A DNA stretch of 64,000 bases from Candidatus Woesearchaeota archaeon (GTDB taxonomy: Archaea; Nanobdellota; Nanobdellia; SCGC-AAA011-G17; JAFCDX01), in assembly GCA_017609465.1 (NCBI GenBank), contig JAFCDX010000001.1:26459-90458 (forward strand), written 5' to 3'. Below, in pieces: positions 35,093-44,962 of the stretch. Position 1 is the first letter of the stretch, and each line of letters begins with the position of its first letter. Under the pieces are notes generated by a model. It saw nothing but the letters and a program-made list of their open reading frames with translations. It was not told the origin of the DNA and did not search any database. A program made the position numbers and the translations under genes.

Positions 35093-36504
35093 AACGCATT
35101 ATTCATATAATAGTATTCTTATTATTTTTAAATATAGCTACAAGTATAGAGATAAAAGAGATAATGTATAATCCAGAAGGCTCTGATGATAATTATGAAT
35201 GGTTTGAGATTTATAATAATGAAGATTGCATAAACATAACTAATCTTAAGTTTTATGAAAATGATATTAATCATAAAATTAATTCTGTAGAAAATGAAAC
35301 GTTATGTAAGGGAGAGTATGCAATAATAGTGGATGATATTTCTTCATTTAAAGAGAGACATAATTATACTGGAAAATTATATGAAAGTAGTTTTTCATTA
35401 AAGAACTCTGGAGAAAATATATCATTAAAAAATACCACCGATTTTCTTTTTTCTGTATACTATAATGATGTGGCCAATGAAGGGAATTCTATATGCGACA
35501 TAGGTAATAAATGGGAAGAATGCAAACCAACACCTGGAAATGTAAATGAAATATTTAAACAAGATATTAATTGCTTAAGAATAAATGAATTTCTTCCAAA
35601 TCCTTATGGTGATGACAATGAGGAAATGCCTGAAGGAGAATGGATTGAAATAAAAAACGAGTGTAGTGAAGAATATGATTTAAAAGGTTTTAAATTAAAG
35701 GATTATTATGGTAAAGATTATGATTTGACAATTTCTGATACAAACACAATAGATGGGACAATTATTGATGATTATCTTGTTATATATATGAACGGAAGGT
35801 CTGGATTTTTAAACAACGAAAATTTTGAAGAAATAAGCTTTTATGATTTGGATGGGAATCTTATTGACAAAGTATCATATAGCGGTTCTTATGAGTCCTT
35901 ATCATGGAATAAAGTAGACAACAAATGGGCTTTGAGAAAGCCAACACCTTCCAAGAAAAATATAGAAAGTGAAATGGATTTTGATTCAAAACTAAATATA
36001 GAAAATGTTTATTTGGGCAATGATAATAAAGCTAAATTTGGAGACACTTTAAGAGTTCGTGTGAATATAATAAAAGGTAACACTTCAAGATATGCAGTTT
36101 ATTTATACTTAGAGAAAGATGGTATAAAATATAGCAAAAGAACTTCCATTAATATTTTTGAAAGATATGAAGAATTTACTTTTACTCTCCCTTTGCAAAT
36201 AAATCCAGATTGCAATGAAAAATACGAAGATGGAAATTATTATGTTGTTCTCGAAGGCCTTGGAGAAAAAACAAGCGAAGAAATTTTAATAGATGGTTAT
36301 ATTGATGATTTTTGTCAAAAGGTCAATAAAGAAAAAATAATTAAAGAAGAATGTATTTCTCAAAAAGAGAATAATTTTGATGACATTACTGGAAAAGTTA
36401 TTTATGAATCATCAGATATTAAATCCGAAGAGATAGGTTTATATATGTTTTCTTTTTTACTCTTAATATTACTTTTAAGTTTACTTATTAAAAAATGGCA
36501 ATAG
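35089..36504 (+). CDS. Surface protein with two lamin-tail (LTD) domains and a C-terminal TM anchor
   Basis: IKEIMYNPEGSDDNYEWFEIYN and INEFLPNPYGDDNEEMPEGEWIEIKN are LTD signatures. C-terminal anchor is LYMFSFLLLILLLSLLIKKWQ. Confidence 0.8.
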   Translation: MKRIIHIIVFLLFLNIATSIEIKEIMYNPEGSDDNYEWFEIYNNEDCINITNLKFYENDINHKINSVENETLCKGEYAIIVDDISSFKERHNYTGKLYESSFSLKNSGENISLKNTTDFLFSVYYNDVANEGNSICDIGNKWEECKPTPGNVNEIFKQDINCLRINEFLPNPYGDDNEEMPEGEWIEIKNECSEEYDLKGFKLKDYYGKDYDLTISDTNTIDGTIIDDYLVIYMNGRSGFLNNENFEEISFYDLDGNLIDKVSYSGSYESLSWNKVDNKWALRKPTPSKKNIESEMDFDSKLNIENVYLGNDNKAKFGDTLRVRVNIIKGNTSRYAVYLYLEKDGIKYSKRTSINIFERYEEFTFTLPLQINPDCNEKYEDGNYYVVLEGLGEKTSEEILIDGYIDDFCQKVNKEKIIKEECISQKENNFDDITGKVIYESSDIKSEEIGLYMFSFLLLILLLSLLIKKWQ

Positions 36505-36890
36505 AAGTTAAGGTAATAATAGAAATAGCGGGTTTTCCTGAAGAGCATGTCAAAAAGACAATGGACATGGTTATGGATAGATTGAAAAATGAAAAAGGTA
36601 TAAAAATAAATAACAAAAAGGTTGAAGAAGTAAAAAAAGTAAAGGAAGTTTGGAGCACATATGCTGATATGGAATTGGAAATAGAAAATATGGAAACATT
36701 AAACAATTTCTGTTTTAATTACATGCCTTCCTCTATAGAGATAATTAATCCTGATAAACTAAACATAGAATCGCAGGAGATATCCAATCTCATGAATGAT
36801 CTACTTGCAAGATTACATAATTTTTCAATGTTCTTGAAAAACCTACAGGCAGAAAATATAAACTTGAAAAAAGAATTGGGAAAAAATTAA
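36495..36890 (+). CDS. Hypothetical protein
   Basis: 131 aa. It overlaps the LTD gene end by 10 nt. No motif recognised. Confidence 0.5.
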   Translation: MAIEVKVIIEIAGFPEEHVKKTMDMVMDRLKNEKGIKINNKKVEEVKKVKEVWSTYADMELEIENMETLNNFCFNYMPSSIEIINPDKLNIESQEISNLMNDLLARLHNFSMFLKNLQAENINLKKELGKN

Positions 36891-38101
36891 TGTTTTTTCT
36901 TTCTTGTTGGTTTTGCTTTCTTTAACTTAAATATTATTATAACCGTTATTATTAAAACAAAAAGTATTGCGATTAGAGATAATATTGTCCCAAGAGTTGC
37001 TTCTTTTTCCTCTACTATCTCAGTATCTGATTTTATGGGTACAAAACCCTCTTCAGAAGTTTCTGTTTCTTCAACGGTTTCAGATGATGTTTGTTCATTT
37101 GCAGAATAATATAAAACAACAGGGAGCTGTAATTTTGCTTTTTCATCAGATTCTACAACAATGTCTCCTTCAAAATCAGCATGAAGATTCTGGTTTTCAT
37201 TTATTATAACAAATACTTCCTTTTCTTCTCCAGGGCCTAATGAAGTTATTTCATTAGGGTCTATATTAACATAATCATATATGCTTGAACTTACAGCCAA
37301 TTTAATATTTGTCAATCTGTAATTCCAATTATTCTTTAATTTTATTATTCCTCTTTCTACTTCTCCTTCATTTATTGTCTCTGAAAGTTCATTATTTATT
37401 CCTACAAAGCTCAATGCTCCAGAGGGAGGAAGAGGTGTTTCCTGAATATCAGGTTTTCCTTCTGCAAATACTCTTATGGTATAACTTAGTCTTCCTTCAT
37501 CGTATAAGATATTCAAAGTATTTTCTCCTGCCTTTTTGACAGTAACTCTTATGTTTTTATTTTCTCCAGGATTTAATTCAAAATTATTCTGGGATATATC
37601 AAAATAATCTATACCATATTTTAATTCTAGTTTTAATTTTTCTGAGCCTGTATTCTTTAAGTTAAGATAAAATTGATTATCTTTATCAAAGTCTATATGT
37701 ACTCCCGCAGGATCAACTGACAATAATTTTCCTGCTTTTGATTTCATCGTAAAATCTTCATTCCACACAAAATGCTCTAAAATTCCGTCTTTAATATAAT
37801 AAATGTTGTCAACTCTTAATGTATATTTATTTCCAGTATAGGAATCAGGAATTGTCATATACGCAACATATTTTCCGCCTGTAAGTTTAACAACATAAAA
37901 AGGAGAGGATATCCCCCTTCCGTATTCATTCATTATGTGCAGATTAACATTAGAAAATTCTCCTGTCAAAGGATATTTTGTATAAACATAAGCAACCAAG
38001 GTTTCTCCAACGCTAAATTCATTCTTATTTAATTCCAAAGTTTGTGAAAAAGCTAAGGGAATTAATAAAATTAACATAAAAGTAATATATTTCCACCTCA
38101 T
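36887..38101 (-). CDS. Secreted beta-rich surface protein with C-terminal TM anchor
   Basis: Signal is MRWKYITFMLILLIPLAFSQ. C-terminal anchor is TLGTILSLIAILFVLIITVIIIFKLKKAK. Confidence 0.7.
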   Translation of the reverse strand: MRWKYITFMLILLIPLAFSQTLELNKNEFSVGETLVAYVYTKYPLTGEFSNVNLHIMNEYGRGISSPFYVVKLTGGKYVAYMTIPDSYTGNKYTLRVDNIYYIKDGILEHFVWNEDFTMKSKAGKLLSVDPAGVHIDFDKDNQFYLNLKNTGSEKLKLELKYGIDYFDISQNNFELNPGENKNIRVTVKKAGENTLNILYDEGRLSYTIRVFAEGKPDIQETPLPPSGALSFVGINNELSETINEGEVERGIIKLKNNWNYRLTNIKLAVSSSIYDYVNIDPNEITSLGPGEEKEVFVIINENQNLHADFEGDIVVESDEKAKLQLPVVLYYSANEQTSSETVEETETSEEGFVPIKSDTEIVEEKEATLGTILSLIAILFVLIITVIIIFKLKKAKPTRKKKH

Positions 38102-39915
38102 TTTTTTAACAGTTTTTTAGCCTCCTTTAATGATTTTTCAAGCTCTTGTTCTACTTTATTTGTAGTTTTTGAAGTTTTTGAAGTTTTTGGTTTTTGATAT
38201 GTTTGTCTTTCTGTCTGTTGGAAAGGTCTTTGTACTTGTTGTGGTTGTCTTGAAGCAACATACTTTTCAAAAGATTTTTTTTCTTTCTTTTTAAATATTT
38301 TACTGAAAAATAACTTTGCATCATTCTTGAAATCATTGAAGGTTTTTCCTTTTTTTGGATATTTTGTGTAATATAAGAAACCCAAACTACCTCCAACTAA
38401 CAATACTAATATAAGAATCCATAACCATAATAAACTGCTTTCGCAATCAGGATCTGTTTCACAATCATCATCATCACAATCTATCAAATCATCACCATCA
38501 TCGTCAATATCATTGTAGCATATTTCAAAATCAGATGCCCCTTCCATTGGAACGCATATGCAATCCTGTATATCACACTCTTCATCAAATCCACATTGAG
38601 AATTATAAGCACATTCTACATTTGCTCTTTCATCACAAGGCTTCAATTCACATGTACATGACAAAGGATCACATTCCTCATCATCCAAACAATCAGTATC
38701 GGATTCACACATATCTCCATCGGCTATAGAACAAGTTGAACATTCAAAACTATCCAAACAATCATCATCATTACAATCTATTAAATCATCACCATCGTCA
38801 TCTATTTCATTGTTGCATATTTCAGTTTCTTTTTCAGTAACTTCAACTTGGTTTTGATTTAATTCTCCATGTAATGCTATCAAAGCAATAGAGGTTTCCA
38901 AAATATTATCATTCCATGATTCTCCTCTTTTTTTCATGTTAATCCATTCTGTAGTATTTTGATATAATCCAGTATCTCCATTTTGTATCAATGAATAAGC
39001 AACTAAAGAGGTTTTGTATATGCTACTTGTAAAGCTTCCAGATAAATCCTGGTGTCTACTTAACCAATTTCCATAAGGTTCATTATTTGTTATCAAATAT
39101 AATAAGGCAACATTTAGAGGGTCATCATCCAGATTTTGTACTAAATAAGGCAATGTATGTATTTTATCTTCTTCTCCAATCTCCTTTAAGAACCATGAAG
39201 CATATAATGTAGATTCTAAATCACATGCGCCCCCTTCTGTTTTAGGAAGGCATGCATTATTTAATTCTATTGTAGCTAATTCAGAACTTACTCCTTGTAT
39301 CAAAAAGGTTTCATCATAATTTGCATGAGAGACTCTATAAAGTAAAGAAATATCTGTAACACCACCAACATCTGCGCAATCAACATCAAAAATTATAGAT
39401 TTTTGATTTCCAATGGGACCACATAATCCATCTACTTGTGTTAAATCATCAACATTAACATTTTTTTCAGAACCATCATCGCAAAAGACTTTACAATTTC
39501 CTGATTGTGATGAAACAATCTGCAATATCCAATTTCCCTGGACTGCTGCAGTTTCTTCTGTTTTTTCCATCCAATCAACTATTGAAGAGACATCTTTTCC
39601 TGTTTTTCTTAATGTTATCCCTGCCAAAGCAGTATCTATAGTATTACAATCTAATTTTGGCCAACAATTCTTTAAACTTCCTCTTGAAATTAATTCTCCT
39701 AATCCATCTGAAACATCATAATCCTTGTTGTTTAATGCAAGTATTGCAAAAGAAAGTTCTCTTACACTTGAAAGTTCCCAATCTTTTGTTTTTGTTGCAT
39801 TCTCCAGCCAACCATAACTATTTCCAAAAGTTGTCCCAGAATCTGTTTCATCCTGAGATAATGCTAAAGGCATTACTAAAATTGTCAATAAAATTAGGAT
39901 ATACCTTATTTTCAT
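38098..39915 (-). CDS. Surface protein with alpha-helical repeat N-domain, two Asp/Cys-rich modules, TM helix and basic tail
   Basis: Has a signal peptide, the modules CNNEIDDDGDDLIDCNDDDC and CYNDIDDDGDDLIDCDDDDC, and the TM helix LLWLWILILVLLVGGSLGFLYY. Any prenyltransferase-like toroid in the N-domain is only an impression. Confidence 0.75.
   Translation of the reverse strand: MKIRYILILLTILVMPLALSQDETDSGTTFGNSYGWLENATKTKDWELSSVRELSFAILALNNKDYDVSDGLGELISRGSLKNCWPKLDCNTIDTALAGITLRKTGKDVSSIVDWMEKTEETAAVQGNWILQIVSSQSGNCKVFCDDGSEKNVNVDDLTQVDGLCGPIGNQKSIIFDVDCADVGGVTDISLLYRVSHANYDETFLIQGVSSELATIELNNACLPKTEGGACDLESTLYASWFLKEIGEEDKIHTLPYLVQNLDDDPLNVALLYLITNNEPYGNWLSRHQDLSGSFTSSIYKTSLVAYSLIQNGDTGLYQNTTEWINMKKRGESWNDNILETSIALIALHGELNQNQVEVTEKETEICNNEIDDDGDDLIDCNDDDCLDSFECSTCSIADGDMCESDTDCLDDEECDPLSCTCELKPCDERANVECAYNSQCGFDEECDIQDCICVPMEGASDFEICYNDIDDDGDDLIDCDDDDCETDPDCESSLLWLWILILVLLVGGSLGFLYYTKYPKKGKTFNDFKNDAKLFFSKIFKKKEKKSFEKYVASRQPQQVQRPFQQTERQTYQKPKTSKTSKTTNKVEQELEKSLKEAKKLLKK
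38461..38526. repeat. Intragenic 66-bp direct repeat, copy 1 (encodes an Asp/Cys module)
   Basis: About 88% identical to 38758..38823 by manual alignment. Confidence 0.75.
38758..38823. repeat. Intragenic 66-bp direct repeat, copy 2
   Basis: Matches 38461..38526. Confidence 0.75.
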
Positions 39916-39979
39916 TACATCAACCTCTTTAAGGTTAAAAAAGAGTAATTTATTTAAAAAGGTTTCTATTGTTTATTTC

Positions 39980-40594
39980 ATGAATATTAAGAAGCTTGAA
40001 GACTTGGGCATTAAAAAAATAAAAATATTTGACAAAGGAAAGAGAGGAATTATTTATACTGGGGATTACAAAAATAAAAAGGTTGCAATAAAAATAAGAA
40101 ATCCAAAAAGCGAAGCAAAAAATAAAATTCAAAATGAAGCTAAGTTTTTAAAAATCTTAAACAAATATGAAATAGGTCCGGAATTATTATTGTCTGATAA
40201 AGATTATATTGTGTATAAGTTTGTAAACGGAAATTTTATTATTGACTTTATCAAAAAATTTTCTAAATCCAAAATTAAGGATGTAATTTATGATATCTTG
40301 GAACAATGTTATATTATGGATAAGCTAAAGATTAACAAACTTGAGATGCATCATCCTTTAAAGCATATCTTAATAGATAAAAAACCAGTATTGATTGATT
40401 TTGAGCGTGCTTATTATACTGAAAAACCTAAAAATGTAAGCCAATTCTGTCAGTTCTTGATTAATTCTAAAAATCTTCTTGAAAAGAAAAATCTGGATTT
40501 GAATGAAAATCTTATAGATGTTGTTAGAAATTATAAGTCAAAAACCTCAAAATTTGCCTTTTTAAGCCTTAAAAATAGCATTTTTCTTAATTAG
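39980..40594 (+). CDS. Small atypical protein-kinase-fold protein (RIO/Bud32-like)
   Basis: Has a glycine-rich loop GKRGIIY and a VAIK lysine. The catalytic region is degenerate (HHPLKHILID, IDFE). Confidence 0.45.
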   Translation: MNIKKLEDLGIKKIKIFDKGKRGIIYTGDYKNKKVAIKIRNPKSEAKNKIQNEAKFLKILNKYEIGPELLLSDKDYIVYKFVNGNFIIDFIKKFSKSKIKDVIYDILEQCYIMDKLKINKLEMHHPLKHILIDKKPVLIDFERAYYTEKPKNVSQFCQFLINSKNLLEKKNLDLNENLIDVVRNYKSKTSKFAFLSLKNSIFLN

Positions 40595-40596
40595 TA

Positions 40597-40608
40597 ATAT
40601 TTAAATAT
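40597..40608 (+). promoter_or_regulatory. ATATTTAAATAT box 20 nt upstream of the ATG at 40628
   Basis: Recurrent motif at fixed spacing. Confidence 0.45.
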
Positions 40609-40627
40609 TGATATTTTATACTACTAT

Positions 40628-41500
40628 ATGGTGTCTAAAATGACAAATAAACATCCTGCTAACAAAACAAAAGATATACTAGATTATATAATTAGTAATA
40701 ATGTGTTGGAATTTATAAAAGAAAATGATCAGATATTATCTAAAATATATGATTTTATAGTGAATAAAGAATCTAAACATATTCTAATGGAGCTTTATAA
40801 TGAAGGAGATGCAGATTCCAATACTGTCTTTGAGAAATTACTTAAATATGATTCTTACAGTGCAAATCACGGATTAGATGTTGAAAATAAATGTTTAAGT
40901 ATATCTAGATATTTAACGAACTATGAATTTGATGAAAATTTGCCTGATGCTGCCAGATTACATGATTTAGGCAAAATATTAATACCAAACGAACTTAAAT
41001 TTAAAGAAGAATATACTGGAACAAAATTACAATTACATGAGAAGATATCAATTCAATATGGGCATACACTACTTGGAGAATCAATAGGTATTTTATGTGG
41101 ATTACATCCTGCAATAATACATGCCTCAGCATGTCATCATGATAAACATCCAGAATTTTCATATCCTCATAAAAGTATTGAAAAAGTATTGGAAATACCC
41201 TTAATACTAAATAAGGATGAATATAATAAAAAATATAATAATGGAGACATAAAAAGAAGTACGGAAATTGTTACATTGAGTAATGATATAATCAGCATAG
41301 CCGATACTGTTTGTTCTATGAGGGATAAGAAAAGAAAATCATATGATAAAGAATATACTAATAAAGAAATATATAATGAAATTTTAAATAGATGTTCCAA
41401 CAAAGTTTATGATAAAAATGTTGTTAAAGCGTTCCTAAAATCAGAAGGTCTTGATTTGAATCAAATCCATAATAAATTTGAGGAATATAAAATAAAATGA
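40628..41500 (+). CDS. HD-domain phosphohydrolase, HD-GYP-like with degenerate GYP
   Basis: Motifs are ARLHDLGKILIP, HTLLGESI and CHHDKHPEFSYPH. Confidence 0.6.
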   Translation: MVSKMTNKHPANKTKDILDYIISNNVLEFIKENDQILSKIYDFIVNKESKHILMELYNEGDADSNTVFEKLLKYDSYSANHGLDVENKCLSISRYLTNYEFDENLPDAARLHDLGKILIPNELKFKEEYTGTKLQLHEKISIQYGHTLLGESIGILCGLHPAIIHASACHHDKHPEFSYPHKSIEKVLEIPLILNKDEYNKKYNNGDIKRSTEIVTLSNDIISIADTVCSMRDKKRKSYDKEYTNKEIYNEILNRCSNKVYDKNVVKAFLKSEGLDLNQIHNKFEEYKIK

Positions 41501-42816
41501 AATGGAAAAAATTGGGCTTAATTGGTCTTGGATTAGCAATGAGTATAATTCCCTTGGAATATAAAACTAATTTCTTGAGAAATGAATCTAAAAGTATAGA
41601 AAGAATATATTATAATCAAGTTAAGAAAGAAAGTCTGAAGGGGGATTTTAATCATTTCATTGAAATAATTACTGATTATGCAAATGCATATAATGATTTT
41701 CATGGGAAAAATACAACAATATCAAAAGAAGAATATTCAAAAATAAAAAAGAAAATGATTTATTGGGAAATTGAGAAAATTCCGGAAATAAATTTATGGG
41801 TGCCCCCATTAGAATCAATTGAGGCTTTTGAAGAAAAAGAATTCATAGAACAATTTACAAAAAATAAAATAGATATCATAGGGGAAAATTACGAAACTGA
41901 ACATATATTTCTTGATTATAATGAAACCGGGACAAATTTAGTAACTCTAGAAAATCTTCCATTAAATAATCCATTGAGTTATTATATTATGGATCAAATT
42001 TTAGTTTATAACAATGATTTAGTAAACTTATTAGAAGAAAATAGATTTAGTTTAGAAGATTTAGAGAATATATCTATAAAAGACATGAAAAAAATAGCCA
42101 AATCAGTTCATGATGATATTAATAAAGAAAAATTAAAAAGAAGAGAACAGAAAAATTTCAATTTCCAATGGGATTATTTTAAAGATGATTATGTTGATGA
42201 AATAAATGATTTCCAATTAAAAGGAAAAAATATAAATTTGGAAAATTTAATTGAGAATATGGAGAATATATTTGGAAAAAAACTTCATGATCCCAAATAT
42301 ATAAAAGATTATTTTGATGCAGAAGAAAAAGTTGTTATTATATCCAAATCAAAAGTAGATGATAATAAGATTTGTATAACAACAGGAAATATAACCGAAA
42401 AATATAATGAGATTTATAATGATGAAGAAAGGCATTTAAAATACCAGGTTAGATTATTTGAACAGGACAAAAGAACATATGATGAAATAATTAATAATGA
42501 AGATGCTTTAGGTTTTTGGTATATTGACACTGCTTATTTAAATATAAACAAAGTAAAAGAATATAGTGAAATAGTTAAAAATTTACATTTTGGCCCTGAA
42601 AAAGAAATTTTTAATAAAATCAAAGAAAGATTAGAAAAGCAATGTAAAAAGAATAATACTTCTTTCGAAGAAGAGTTTATTAAAATGATTAAAGAAACAA
42701 CTATAAAAAAACATGAACCTTTACATTTCTTTCTTGATGATGAGAAATTGATTGATGAAATAGAATTAAAAAATACTCCTAAAAAATATAGAGAATGGGT
42801 TTTATATGTTGATTAA
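41497..42816 (+). CDS. Hypothetical N-terminally anchored protein
   Basis: 439 aa. ATGA overlap with the HD gene. N-terminal helix is KKLGLIGLGLAMSIIPL. Confidence 0.6.
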   Translation: MKWKKLGLIGLGLAMSIIPLEYKTNFLRNESKSIERIYYNQVKKESLKGDFNHFIEIITDYANAYNDFHGKNTTISKEEYSKIKKKMIYWEIEKIPEINLWVPPLESIEAFEEKEFIEQFTKNKIDIIGENYETEHIFLDYNETGTNLVTLENLPLNNPLSYYIMDQILVYNNDLVNLLEENRFSLEDLENISIKDMKKIAKSVHDDINKEKLKRREQKNFNFQWDYFKDDYVDEINDFQLKGKNINLENLIENMENIFGKKLHDPKYIKDYFDAEEKVVIISKSKVDDNKICITTGNITEKYNEIYNDEERHLKYQVRLFEQDKRTYDEIINNEDALGFWYIDTAYLNINKVKEYSEIVKNLHFGPEKEIFNKIKERLEKQCKKNNTSFEEEFIKMIKETTIKKHEPLHFFLDDEKLIDEIELKNTPKKYREWVLYVD

Positions 42817-42817
42817 A

Positions 42818-44962
42818 TTATTTGTTACAGAACCCATTTGTTTGCCTTTTATAAAAATTATATACCCCTTTTTCTTTTACAAAATATATTGAACATCTAT
42901 CCAATCTTTCAGAAGAGAATATACCTACAACATAATCAACAAGCCCTTCTCCCTCTTCTTTTTCTTTTAAGAAAGATATAGCAATATAATAATTGTCTAG
43001 CCCTTCAACTTCTTCTTTTAAAGTACTTGCATGAGCATCTCCAATATCATCTCTTTCATAATAACCCGCTCTCTCGAATATTTTATCTAATCTTTCATAG
43101 TTTGATTCTCCAATAGGACCTCCTAATTCTTTTTCAATCTTATTTAATAATTCATTAAATTTTGGTCTTGGGATTATTTCTTCTTCTTTCTTTTCAGTTA
43201 ATGAGAAAGAGCCAACCCTTTGCAAATTAACACAGGGATTTTTATTTTTAGAATTAATTATCTTTCTCATAGCATCTTTAACTGCCTCTATAGAAGAATC
43301 CTGTCTTAGTAAAAAGAAGAAACTTCTAGAATCTCTTACATTACGCCCATCAGGAAGTTTTATTTTACCTTCATATTCTTTTAGTATATCTTCAGTATTT
43401 ATGATGAATCTATTACTAGGATAATTTATTTCTATATAAGAAGTATCTTTATATAAATCCACTTTATAATTTATTCCATCAACATTTATTTCATTGAATT
43501 CTACTCCAGAATATATGACTATTTCACATCCTTCCAAATCAGAAGCATCCAACTCTGTTGCACCCCTTCTGCAATTTCCATTGTTGTTTGTTTGTTTTCC
43601 TGTAAGATAACTAAAATATCCTGTATAAGATTCAAATATTACTCCTGATTGGATTTCTTCAAAACCACCAATATCAACATCACAAACCCATACATCCTTA
43701 CCATCATCTATAACCATATTTTCTGAAGTTCCAGTAACTAAAGCAATTTCTGAACATCCCTTTCCACTTCCTTTTGCTTCTATAAAAATATTATCTTCTG
43801 TAACTCTTTTCACAGAATCACAATTCTTTAAAACAAAACTCCCACCGTCATTAACCAATGCATTTTTTCCTCCTTTCACATTCAAATAACCATTTTCAAC
43901 ATTAACAGTGTCAATATGCCCCTTTCCAAAACTGCTTATCTCTATATCCAGAGATTTTTCTTTTGGAATATCAATATCCCATGCATTACCCTCATAAATA
44001 CTTATATCAGATTGTTGAAGACTAAATTCAAATTCATCTTCATTAGCTAACAAATAATTTCTTTCAGGAAGATTTTCTCTTTTATGTGTTATGAAAACAT
44101 AATTATTTCCATTGTTAGTCATTTTATATTTTAAGTTTGTATCTTCTACAGAACTTCCCTTAAACACTTTCATTCCATCTTCTGTAAAAACAACATTGCC
44201 TCCGGATATCTTATAATTTTTAGGAATCTCATTTCCTTCTTCATCAAATACAGGAAAACTAAAATCTATTCCTTCTTCTTTTTCTGATTGAATATTAATT
44301 TCATAATATTCATTTCCTTCTTCATCAGTTTTTAGAATATAATTCAAATCGGTGCCTTCCTGGACCTTGTATCTTCTGTCTCCAAAGAACATTTCGGTTT
44401 CTTCTGTAACTGTAAAATTAGCACTAACAAGATTTCCTTTTTTATCAAGGTTGAAATTTGAAGTTTCTGGGTCTATATTCATATATGAATTCTTTCCAAT
44501 TGTCAAAGAGCAATCCTCTTTACATGAAAATTCACCATCTTCATTTGCTTCTACGTTTTCAAGATTAACTTCCTTATCCCCTTCTTCTGTTTTATATATT
44601 ATTTTGGCGTTTGTAACAACACCATCATCATCTATTTCAGCCTCATAATCTTTTATGTTTGATTCTTCAGCATAATCCATAATCTTTTCAGATGTCTCTA
44701 ATATTTTTTTGTATTCTTGATTCAATTGAGAAGCTAATTCAGAAGCCAATAATGAAGAAGGATTCTGTATAATGTTTCCCACAGACAAAAATTGAGATAA
44801 ATCATCGGATTGAGAAATTTGTGAATATAATAATGATTCTGGATCCAAGGACAAACCTTCAGGAGTAAGAGTATGCAAATTAGGCTCTTGTGCAGAAGAA
44901 ATTATAATAACTAAAATCAATACACTTAATAATAATATTTTTTTATTCATTTTATCCACCAT
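42818..44962 (-). CDS. Large secreted protein, partner of cassette copy 3
   Basis: Signal is MNKKILLLSVLILVIIISSAQE. The ATG at 44950, 1 nt after the upstream stop, is likelier than 44962. The protein is acidic and beta-rich. Confidence 0.75.
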   Translation of the reverse strand: MVDKMNKKILLLSVLILVIIISSAQEPNLHTLTPEGLSLDPESLLYSQISQSDDLSQFLSVGNIIQNPSSLLASELASQLNQEYKKILETSEKIMDYAEESNIKDYEAEIDDDGVVTNAKIIYKTEEGDKEVNLENVEANEDGEFSCKEDCSLTIGKNSYMNIDPETSNFNLDKKGNLVSANFTVTEETEMFFGDRRYKVQEGTDLNYILKTDEEGNEYYEINIQSEKEEGIDFSFPVFDEEGNEIPKNYKISGGNVVFTEDGMKVFKGSSVEDTNLKYKMTNNGNNYVFITHKRENLPERNYLLANEDEFEFSLQQSDISIYEGNAWDIDIPKEKSLDIEISSFGKGHIDTVNVENGYLNVKGGKNALVNDGGSFVLKNCDSVKRVTEDNIFIEAKGSGKGCSEIALVTGTSENMVIDDGKDVWVCDVDIGGFEEIQSGVIFESYTGYFSYLTGKQTNNNGNCRRGATELDASDLEGCEIVIYSGVEFNEINVDGINYKVDLYKDTSYIEINYPSNRFIINTEDILKEYEGKIKLPDGRNVRDSRSFFFLLRQDSSIEAVKDAMRKIINSKNKNPCVNLQRVGSFSLTEKKEEEIIPRPKFNELLNKIEKELGGPIGESNYERLDKIFERAGYYERDDIGDAHASTLKEEVEGLDNYYIAISFLKEKEEGEGLVDYVVGIFSSERLDRCSIYFVKEKGVYNFYKRQTNGFCNK

